The notes under the pieces were generated by a model. That model searched no databases. It saw only the letters and a program-made list of their open reading frames with translations, and had not been told where the DNA came from. The translations under genes were made by a program, and so were the position numbers. This document shows, piece by piece, positions 38,036 through 47,260 of a DNA stretch of 47,260 nucleotides. The DNA lies in the NCBI GenBank assembly GCA_004431415.1, contig QPMI01000481.1, forward strand, positions 1 through 47,260, read 5' to 3'. Positions within the stretch are counted from its first letter, which is position 1, and each line of letters opens with the position of its first letter. This DNA comes from Cyanophora paradoxa CCMP329. Lineage: Eukaryota; Plantae; Glaucophyta.

Positions 38036-41000
38036 TCAGGCCCAGGCCGGGTAGGCGAGTCTGTAATGAATCAGACCGCGCAGGATTTGGTTGAGCTGCT
38101 CGGTGCAGGGGGGCGGGAAGGCGAGGCCGCGGAGGGCCATAGAGACGTAGCGGAAGGGGTGGGGGAGGCGGCCCCTGTTATCCCACATGGCGTCCACTAT
38201 GGCGTTGTGGACCACTTGCTCGGAGAGGGGACGGGCCTGCGCTCACCGTTTCAGGGCCCTCAGCAGCCCTCGAAGATGTTGGAGTTTGCGTGCACCAGCG
38301 GGAGGGAGGGCTGGGACGGCGGCGGCGAGCCCGGGCCGAGCCCTGGGTGGCGAGGGCCTGCGAGGGCGCCGGCTCCAGCTCCATCTCGAACATACCGCCC
38401 TCGACGTCGACGGTCACGGGCGGCGAGGCCGGGATCGCGCCGGCCTGCTGCGTGGCGGGGACCTGAGCCGAGAAGTTCTCGAGCCGCCACTCGCGGCAGC
38501 CCTGGCACTCACCTGGACGAAGACGGTGCGGTTGGCGACGGGCGGCGTCGGCAGGGCCTGCGCGGGGCGTCACTCACAGAAGCCGAAGGCGCCGGCCTTG
38601 TGGGGCGGGGCGTCGGGGTCGCGGGGCGTGCTATAGGCCTCCGAGCCCTCCGATTCAGAGTCACTCACCGGGCTGAGAGGGTGGGGTGAGAAGAGGCCGA
38701 GGCGGGCCTTCTTGGCGGGCAGGAGGTGGGAGCCGTTGAGGGCGCAATCGGCGCCGTGGGCGCACCTCTCTCCGTAGGTGGGGCAGAGGGCCGGGGCGAG
38801 GGCGCCGGAGCCAAGGGCGCCGGAGCCGAGGACGCCGGGGGCTGGAGGAGGCGGTGAGAGGGGCCGAGGAGGAGAGGAAGGGGAAGGGCGCGGGCACCGG
38901 CGCCGGGACGAGGCCCTCCTCCAGCAGCCGCATCTGCGCCTCCTTCGCCTTCTCGTCGATGCGGGCCTCGAACGTCGCCCAGTTGAAGCCGACGGCGTCC
39001 GCCTCCGCCAGCTCGGGGAGGCCGTGCTCGTCGAACGCCAGCGCGGGCCGCCCGCTGAAGCCGAACGGGCGGGGGGCGAGAGCGCGTTGTCCCCGACGCC
39101 CCAGACGGCGCTGAACGCCGCATCGTCCCAGCGCGCCTCCGCCTCCGCCTGGCCCTCGTCCCTTGCCTCGTCCACCTCCTTGGCGGAGAGCGACCCGATC
39201 TTGATGATGGAGGCCTGGATCAGCACAAACTCGCGCTGGAAGAATTGGACGAGCGGGATGGTAACTGCGGGAGAGGGGTGAGCGGGGAGAGCGCGGGGCG
39301 CAGGCCAAGGGCGGGGGCGCAGGCCAAGGGCGGGGCGGACGCACATTCGATGCCGTAGGCCACCTCCTTGATGTAGCGGCCCCGGCGGCCGATCTCCTTG
39401 GCCAGCATGCTGCACTCCTTGCGCGCCGGGTGGCCGTGGCCCCACTCCATGGCGATCATCGCCTTCGCCAGACGGACGCCCTCGATGTGCCACTCGTCCA
39501 TCAGCGCCTCCAGCTTGGCGCAGATGCGCATCCAGAAGAAGACGCGCTTGAGCTTGTCGCGGTCGAATTCGGCGTCGCCGCTCTTGCTGCCCCAGTCGCG
39601 CAGGTCCGTCTCCTCCGCCTTCTTCACCTTCTCGTACCAGCACTTGATCTTCTCCGCCTGGCGCTGGAACTCGTCCGCCCGCGCCGTGAGAACGTCCGAC
39701 TCCTCCTGCGCTCCGAGGGCCCGGGGTCAGGGAGGAGAGGCGGGCTAAGCGGGCGGCGGCGGACCGTGTGCGAGAGCTCGCCGACGATCACGGAGATGGC
39801 CGCCGAGAGGATCTCACGGGCGCGGGCCGGCCCGTTTGGGTGGCCCTCGCGCAGAACCTCCTCCAGCTTCAGCACGGCCGTCCGCGCGAGATCGCGGTGG
39901 CGCTGGCGGGTCTCGTCGCTCCGGCCCTGATCCACGAGAAGCTGGAGCTGGGGCCGCATGCCGGAGTCGCAGACGCTGGCGTACTTCAGAAGGGCCGCGC
40001 AGGAGAGCACCTTCTGCACGCTGACCAGCCAGTACGCGTAGCCCAGCGGGCTCTCCGCGCTCGGGTTCTCCCCGACCTGCGGACGCGACCTTAGCGCGCG
40101 CAGGGGCAGGGGAAAGGGGAAAGGGCGGGCTCTCGCGCACGTAAATGTCATCGGCGCAGGAGAGGAACATGTGATCAACGACGTCGAAGAAGCCGCCGGA
40201 CGGGAGCGTGCCGACGCCGTGGTACGCGCCTTGGATGGTCTCGCCGGCGCAGATGCCGGCCTGGACGGTGACGGTGTACTGCGAGGCCGGCGGCCCTCCT
40301 TCACGTAGACGAAGTTGAGGTCGTACTTCTTGGCGTACGTCGGGTTGATGCGCTTGGTGACGATGACGTAATCGCACCGAACGCCGAGGCCGGACGGGCT
40401 GGCCTTCTCCTTCTCCGTCACCGACGCCAGGCACTGATCCCGCGCGATCAAGAGCTGCAGCGGCCCGCGCGTGAGCAAGCGCGGGCACGCGAGCGCAGGG
40501 AAGGGCCCTCACCCCGTGGGCGCCGCCGCTGCCGGATTTGAGGTCCGCGAGGAACTCCTTCTGCTCCGGAGTGCCGGAGAAGATCGCGCGCGGATGGAAA
40601 TCGCGATGGAGCGCGATGCTGTTGAAGCAGCCCGCCGCCGCATTGTCGGACATCAGCAACAGCGCCACATCGCCGTGCGTGAAGCCGTACTTCGCCTTCA
40701 CATGCTCCGGCAGCTCGTGAATGCTGTAAGGCACGATCTGCGCGCGGGCACGCGAGCCGGGGCATGTGAGCCGGGGCCGAAGCGGTGCGGGCGAAACCGC
40801 GAACCTCGTTGAACTTATTCACCGGCGTGAACTGGCCCTTGGTCTTCAAGCGCTTCGGGTGGCCGTCCGTGTTCTGGATCTTCTTCAGCCCGCCGAACGG
40901 CTCGAAGCGCGGCACGCCGGCCGAGTTGAACACGCTATCGCAGGTCATCGCGTTGAGCGCCTCCTCCGCCGATAGGCTGCCGAGATCGCGGGCTATGCTG

Positions 41001-41056
41001 TCCTGCTCGCCGGGCTGCTGCTGCTTCGCGCAGGAGCGGAAGGTCGCCGCCTGCAT
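38036..41056 (-). CDS. Large multi-exon hypothetical protein (~800 aa), divergent from the helicase gene
   Basis: Coherent GT-AG-separated exons: MQAATFRSCAK...VNKFNE | IVPYSIHELPEHVKAKYGFTHGD... | LLIARDQC...KRINPTYAKKYDLNFVYV...FFDVVDHMFLSCADDIY | VGENPSAESPLGYAYWL... | EESDVL...DRDKLKRVFFWMRICAK... | VTIPLVQFFQREF... ending ...LIHYRLAYPAWA*. No family recognised. Confidence 0.75.
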
Positions 41057-41360
41057 CGCGAGTGTTACTGCCCGCGATGTCTCAACGGATTCCGTTCAAC
41101 GTCGTACCCCCGCTGGCTTGTTCCCTCCCCAACTCGCGAAGACTCAGACTTGAAGCCCGCTTCCCCCCCCTCAAAATGCGTACCCCCCTTGGGCTCGAAC
41201 CCCGGTCGGTTTTCTCGCTTTTTTTTGACTGCCCAGTCCGGCGATGCAATGCAGGCGCTCGTTCAAATCGGCTGGGAACTTGGCGCCAGAACCTTCGCAG
41301 CGCGCGCAGCACTCCCAGCAGAGCGCGCGCAGCACCGGCGGCAGCATCGGCGGCAGCAGC

Positions 41361-44300
41361 ATGTCTCGGCTCGCGCTCCCTCCGGAGATCCCGGCTAAGC
41401 TGGCGAAGAACACGCTGTACGACGTTCTCTGCGTCGGCGACAGCTTCGGCGTCGATTGACGGTTTTCGAGGCCGGCATCAGCGACCAGGCGAAGGAGGCG
41501 CAGGCGCGTGCGCTGGAGGATGGCATGCAGTTCAGCCCGAGCAGCAAGGATGTGCTGCGCAAGACCGAGCTGGCCGAGCGCAAGCGCAAGCTCGCCGCGG
41601 CGCGGACTTTGAACGCCGAGGGTGCCCCCGGCCCGTCGGTGCAGTTCTCCATCGACTCCGTCCTGTCGCGGCTGCGGCTCGCGGAGGTGCTCGCTGCCTC
41701 TTTCTCCTCGCGCGCCCGGCTCGCAGCGGCTGAGGCGCCGCCGCGCTCGCAGGACGCGGACGTGCGGGCGATGCACGCGGCGCTGAACATGACGGAGGAG
41801 AACTTCGACACACCGAGCAAGCCGAAGCCCGGGCGCGATTCCGACGCCCGCCGGCTGTTCGCGGCGCAGCGCCTGCGGCTGCTCATGGGCGCCGTGCCCC
41901 GGCACATCGCCAAGGGCGAGTGGCGCACGATTGGCCTGCTGGCGGGCCCGGAGGAGTTCTACTTCAACCGCATGGCGGAGGCGGCCCCGCACCTGCTCTG
42001 GCTGCTGGTGCTCAGCTCGGACCCGGCCTACACGCCCGAGGTGCGCCCCGGCCGCCCGTGCAGCCGCGGCCGCCCCTCCCGCCGACCCCCGCCGGCCCGC
42101 AGAGGCTGGCGAAGGGCATCATGGGCGTCGAGGCGCGCTGCATCATGCGGAACAGCCGCGCGTTCATCACGCGCCACGAGAGCTCGGCGGTCTGGGGCGA
42201 GCGGCCGGACACCGGCGTCCTCACCGACGCCTACGCCATCCGCATCGTGCTGGAGGCGGCCTGCCGGACGTGCCGGGACCGCCACGGGCGCCAGGGCATC
42301 TGCGCCTTCGACCTGGTTCCTGAGTTCGAGGTGCCCGGCGTCACCATCGGCGACCGCGTGCAGGTGCGCCGTTTCTATTTGGATGCTATTTAGATGCTAT
42401 TTAGACTATTTAGATGCCATTTAAACCCCCTCGCAGGTCATCCGCCGGTGCTCGATGCCGGACTCGCACGGGCGGCCCATGATCCACGGCGCCGTGAAGT
42501 ACGTGGTGCCGCGGCGCACCCTCGCCCTCACCTTCTTCGTCCCCGTCTTCGACAAGGCGGCCGCCGCCGCCGCCGCCGCCGCCTCCCGCCCCCGCCCCAT
42601 GCTCGCGGCCGCGGAGTCCTCGGATTCCGACTCGGATTCCGAGGCGGAGCGCGAGGCCGAGGCCGCCGCCGCGGCCCGGGCGCTGGACTTCACGGAGGAG
42701 GAGCTGGAGCGGGCGCGGAGCCTGCCGCGCGCCGGCCAGGCGATGGCGCGGCCTCCAGGCGGCGATCGGCGAGGGCGACGGCCTCCGCCTCGGGCGCCCG
42801 GGCCGGCGGCAGCATGATCACGGCGGAGGGCCTCGCGCGCGCCATGCGCGTGGCCAGGCCCAGGCCAGGCGAAGGGCAAGGGCAAGGGCAAGGCCGCCTA
42901 CATCGACCTGCGGTTCGAGGAGGAGGAGGCGGGTGCCCCGGCGGCGCGGCGCGATCTCGGCGAGGAGATGGAGGCGGCGGCCCCCAAGGCGGCCGGTGCG
43001 CCCTCCCCGCCCCTAATTTCTGAGCCTAGGGCGTTCCAGAGGCGCAAAGGAATGACCCTGCCCACAGAGGAGGAGCTGGAGGCCGAGCGCGAGATGGAGA
43101 TGGAGGCCGCGCTGGCGGCGGCGGCGGACGCGAAGGCCTCGCGCGAGCTGGAGGTGGCGGAGGAGTACGCGATGGAGCTGGAGCGCGAGCGCGAGCGCTG
43201 AGGGCGAGCCCGATGCGGAGCTGGCGGCGACGGTGGAGGCGGGGGCGGGGGACACCTTCGAGCCCGAGCCCCCGTCGACGAGTTCTACCCCTCCGCCCTC
43301 CCCCTCCCTCGACGGCGCCCGCCGCCGCCCATCGAGGAGTTCTCGGACGACGAGCCCGGCGACGCCGGCCCCAGGCCGCCCCTCGTCTCCCCCCGCCGCC
43401 CGCCGCCCCGTGCCCCCCGCCAGCCCCGCCGCCTCCGACGTCTCCTGGCGCCCGAGCGGCAACCCCTCGCCTTCAGTCCCTTCCGCCCCTCGCAGCCTCG
43501 CAGCGCCCGCCGCCCTCCGTCCAGGTACCCCTCGCCCGCCCATCCCCTCGCCGCCGGGGGCACGCCCGTCGCCACGCCCGCCTCCTCCCTCGGCCACATG
43601 CCCCTCCGCCCCCTCCGCCCCCGCGCCGGCCGCCTCTCCCGCCGGCCCAGCAGCGGCGCGAGCGCGAGCGGCAGCTGCTGCGCGATCAGCGGCGGAGGCG
43701 GAGGCGGACCACGACGACGGCCAGGCGTCGGAGAGCGACGGCGAGCCGCGCGCGCCACCAGGCTGGAGCTGCGCGGGCGGAGCTGGCGGTGCAGCCGCGC
43801 GAGGCGCCCGAGATCGACATGTCCAAGTACGACGACTGACAACGTACAGCAAGGACAACAAGTCCAAGAAGGAGGCGGCCATTCAGATGCGCTCCGCCTC
43901 TTCGTCAAGAACAACGTGCGCCCCGCCCCCTTAGCTGCGCGCCCCGCCCCCTTAGAGGCGGAGCGGCCGTGGCCCAGCTGCTTAAGGCGCTGGGCCCGAG
44001 CCGCCTTCGGCCGGTGCGCCCCCCTCCCCGCGTTCGAACCCGCTAACCCCCTTTTGCCGGCGCAGCGGATCGTGCGCCAGAGACCCTACGGCCCGAACTC
44101 CCCGCCCACCTTCTACGTCGAGCTCCCGAACCTCTTCGTGTACGACCAAGGTCAGCGCGAACAGGCACGCCGGCGCGGGACGATGAAGGAGGTCATCCAG
44201 CTGCTGGCGATGACCTTCCACAAGACCTACGAGTCCAACCCCGGCTCCTTCGAGTTCACCTTCTCGAAGGAGGTGCTCTCGGGCGGACGCGCACGTTCGT

Positions 44301-46493
44301 GGAGGAGTCCCTCCAGCTCGAGACGTCTGCCCCGAGATGCCCGTCATCCCCGGCTTCGCCTTCGCCTGCGACACGCGTGCGCCGCCCGTACCCCTGCGCC
44401 CCGCCCCGTACCCCCGCCGACGCCCCTTGCGCAGATTTCGTGGTGCGGGCGCCGCAGGACAGCACGGGCAGCGCCTGCGTCCTCGTCATGACGCACGAGG
44501 AGGCACGGGAGCGGTACGCGGGCTACATGAACACCTGCTACATCCAGGGCGCCTGCCCGCGGCATCGAGGAGGCGACCGAGACCTGCGACTGGGCCCACC
44601 GTGTACGGCATGCTGCACCCCTTCATGCCCAACGTCGTCAAGCACCTGGCGGACAACGGCTACGTGACGGCGACGAGTTCGGCTACGCGGCGGCCGTCTC
44701 TACGCCTTCAACCTCGTCGGGCCGTGGAACTTCTGCGACAAGCCCGTCTTCGACCGGGAGCCGCGCGCGGAGATCGAGCCGCCGTCCGAGGGCGCCATGC
44801 TGCAGTACTGCGGCATCATCAAGGGCCAGTCGGGCACAGGCAAGTCGATGGTGACGCAGATCATGACGGAGTGCTGCCGCCGGGCCGCGTCTGCGTCTAA
44901 CCGCCCCTCCAAGGGCTCGGCCTTCTCGGAGCACGGCGGCGAGGAGGCGATCTGCATGGTGATGGCGGAGGGCCTCGACCCTAAGGCCTGCTCGGAGGAG
45001 GAGCTCAAGATGCGCTCCGGCGACGCCTACTCCCGCAACTTCAAGAACGTCCGCGGCGACGATGTGCGCACCAAGCGACGCGCAAGGTGCTTGTCATCGT
45101 CTGCAACAGCTTCCCGCAGGTGCGCCCGTTCCCTGCCCCCTTCCCCTTCCCGCGCCCTTTCTCACTTGCCCCGGCGCAGCTCGAGAACCGCATGCTCGAG
45201 TTCTTCGCCCGCGCTCGTCCTGATCCCCCTCGACCACAAGCCGGCCAAGAAGCGCACCTACCTCCACTCCGACATCCGCGAGAACGAGCTGCGGCGCTCA
45301 TGGTCGCGGCCTTCACTTCGCGTGAAGATCATCCACGCGCTCTCCGACGGCAAGGCCTCCTGCATCCAGCGCCGTCGAGCCGGCGTGGCTCGGGCGCAGC
45401 GCCTCGGCTTCTGGCAGGAGACGGCCTCCTGTCCCCTCACCCGCTTCATCATCGCCCACTGCGCCGTCGACCCCACCACCTACGTCGCCGCCCCGACAGC
45501 GGAGGGCTAACATGACGAGCGTCGCGGGCATCGTCGAGTACATCGCGCGCACGGAGGGCCCCGACACCTCCGCCGCCGTCGGCGCCGACATCGAGAACGG
45601 CGGCTGGACGAGACCCTCGCCGCTTCGGCTCCTGTGCCGCCCCTACTCCTACAAGCTCGGCGGCGTCTGGCAGACCTACATCCGCGGCATCGTCCCAAGG
45701 CCCCGCTCTCCCTCGGCGAGAGCCAGCCGCGCTGGAGGCGATCGCGATCCCCGTCGCCCAGTTCAAGGACCCGGCGCCCGACGTCGGGCCCTTCCTCGTC
45801 AAGCCCCACACCAAGGCAAGGGCAAGCGCACCCGCAACTCGGCGCCGGCCTTCCTCCCGCCCAGCCCCCCGCCACGGCCCCCCAGCAGCGCCCCGGCCAG
45901 CAGCGCATCGACGAGATGCTGCCGCGCCAGGTCCGGCCCCGCGTACCCCCCGCCTTCCCTCCCGTACCCCCCTCCCCCCGCCCCCCTCCTGATCCAGGGC
46001 AGGGTACCCCGACGAACGGCGGCGCGGGCACCGAGCGGCTACGGGAGCTCGGCCTCCTCCGCGAGCGCCGACGGCCCCAGCCCCCTCCCCGGCCCCGGCG
46101 CCGTCCTCACCGCGATCCAGGGCTTCGGGGCCAGCAGGAGGCCGAGCGGCGGGCGCTGGCGGCGCGCCAGGCGCGCGAGGCGGAGGAGCGGCGCCAGGCC
46201 CTCTGGGCCCAGCGCCTGCAGGCCACCATCGCCTTCCGCGCCGAGCTGGACTCCGGCTTCCGCGCCGGCCAGATCGCCGGGCGGAGGCCTCGGAGCGCTG
46301 GCGGGCGTTCGAGGCGGAGTCGGCGGGCTGGCGAAGGCCTCGGCTACAGCTACCGGCGCCGTGCCCTGCTCAAGGACTACGCGTCGCGGCACAGGCGCGC
46401 GAGGCCTCGCGGGCGGAGATCGACGCGGCGGAGGAGCAGGCGGCGCGCGAGGAGGCCGAGGACAACGCGCGCTTCCGGCACCTGCACCACTGA
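41361..46493 (+). CDS. Large intron-containing D5-like (poxvirus D5 / phage P4 alpha type) superfamily-3 helicase, frameshifted in the assembly; may be two genes
   Basis: Walker A GQSGTGKS (44824-44847), Walker B-like CMVMAE, B'-like LKMRSGDAYSRNFKN, motif C LVIVCNSFP, FFARALVLIPL and C-terminal YIRGI. The N-terminal part has PriCT-2-like LMGAVPRHIAKGEWRTIGLLA and Zn-ribbon-like CRTCRDRH...CAFDL...RRCSMPDSH. Several GT-AG introns. Confidence 0.8.
42375..42425. repeat. 11-bp tandem repeat in a helicase-gene intron
   Basis: CTATTT(A/G)GATG repeated about 4 times. Confidence 0.8.
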
Positions 46494-46542
46494 GGCCCGA
46501 GGCGGTATTTTTTCTCACTCCCTCCCTCAATTCGGTCCCGCG

Positions 46543-46732
46543 ATGGCCTTCGAAGCTTATCCTGCCCACTACTCGCTAGGAGCCCTGGCCGCGACCCTCA
46601 CCTGGCTCCTCGGCCGCACCACCCACGGCCTCGGCGGTCATAGGCGTGGGCTTCGGCTACGCCGCCAAGTCCCTCTACGCCCCCGGCGGCGCCTCGCAGG
46701 CGGCGGCCGGCATGCGCCCCGCCGGGCGCTAA
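46543..46732 (+). CDS. Small (~62 aa) putative two-helix membrane protein (one frameshift)
   Basis: MAFEAYPAHYSLGALAATLTWLLGRTT / ASAVIGVGFGYAAKSLYAPGG...GR*: two hydrophobic Gly/Ala-rich segments. Confidence 0.45.
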
Positions 46733-46828
46733 CTTTTCAAAGTTCATTCTCCCCTCCCCCTTTTCCGAGTTTCCGAGTCCGTTGGCGTTCCCTTTTAAAT
46801 TTTCTTCATTCTCGTTACACGTTCGAAG

Positions 46829-47260
46829 ATGTCGAGCGCGGTAGAGAAGCTGCTTGCACCGTGTTCAAATCGGATTCGCGATGCAGCAAGATCGGCGAGG
46901 CGGCGAGGCTAAGGGCGGGCGGCGGCGGAGGGGCCCAGGGTGAAGGCGGCGGATCCCGCGCCGCCGTCGCTGAAAACGATCAAGGGGCGGGCAAGGCAGG
47001 AGCGTGGGGCGCTGCCCCTCGTGGCGATCGCGCCGGGGCAGAGGGAGGCGGCGCACGCGGCGACGGCGGCGCTCCGCTGGCCCGCGGCGGCAGGCGGAGG
47101 CCTACCCGTGCCTGGGCGGGGGCTGCACCGCCGGCCCGGCCGCCCCTACGCCGTGAGCGCCTACTTCGACGAGGCCAACCGGCTGAGCTGCCAGGAGCTG
47201 TGCGACAACCGCATGCGGCGCGCCGTGGACGGGCACCTGCCGCTGCTGGTGGCGCTGGCG
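46829..47260 (+). CDS. 5' part of a hypothetical gene running off the window
   Basis: ATG at 46829 (MSSAVEKLLA) after a T-rich leader. Coding-like terminal segment RPYAVSAYFDEANRLSCQELCDNRMRRAVDGHLPLLVALA. Confidence 0.45.

Larger units (their letters stand above)
35300..47260. mobile_element. Putative endogenous virus-like element or giant transposon (right end outside the window)
   Basis: Dense block of YqaJ exonuclease, D5-like SF3 helicase, ORFans, a small membrane protein and 3' hairpins, starting just after a terminus-like repeat structure. Confidence 0.65.

Overview
GC-rich, intron-dense eukaryotic DNA (short GT-AG/GC-AG introns; alga/protist-like by inference). Many 1-bp homopolymer indels suggest long-read errors, so most listed ORFs are artefacts and the real genes must be spliced by eye. 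(1) 0.4-30.3 kb is built from two recent tandem duplications (~5.0 kb and ~12 kb). These contain a non-autonomous CACTA/EnSpm element (CACTAG...CTAGTG, TAT target-site duplication) carrying an F-box fragment, a 40-bp GC minisatellite, captured exons and an intronic array of three ~90-nt hairpins. They also contain nested MITEs and a multi-exon F-type (fucose-binding) lectin gene. (2) 28.6-35.2 kb holds host-like genes: an Ig-repeat gene fragment, a second F-type lectin, and a divergently oriented F-box/LRR-like gene. (3) From ~35.3 kb to the window end lies a compact virus-like block. It starts with a palindrome/CACTAG end with subterminal repeats, followed by two paralogous intronless ORFans, an intronless YqaJ/lambda-type exonuclease and paired 3' hairpins. 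It continues with a large unknown intron-containing gene, a large intron-containing D5-like SF3 helicase (PriCT-2-like and Zn-ribbon motifs, no visible primase catalytic domain) and a small membrane protein. This block is the best candidate for an undescribed endogenous virus or virus-transposon hybrid. No transposase, integrase or capsid gene is recognisable in the window. All calls come from manual reading; no database search was run.
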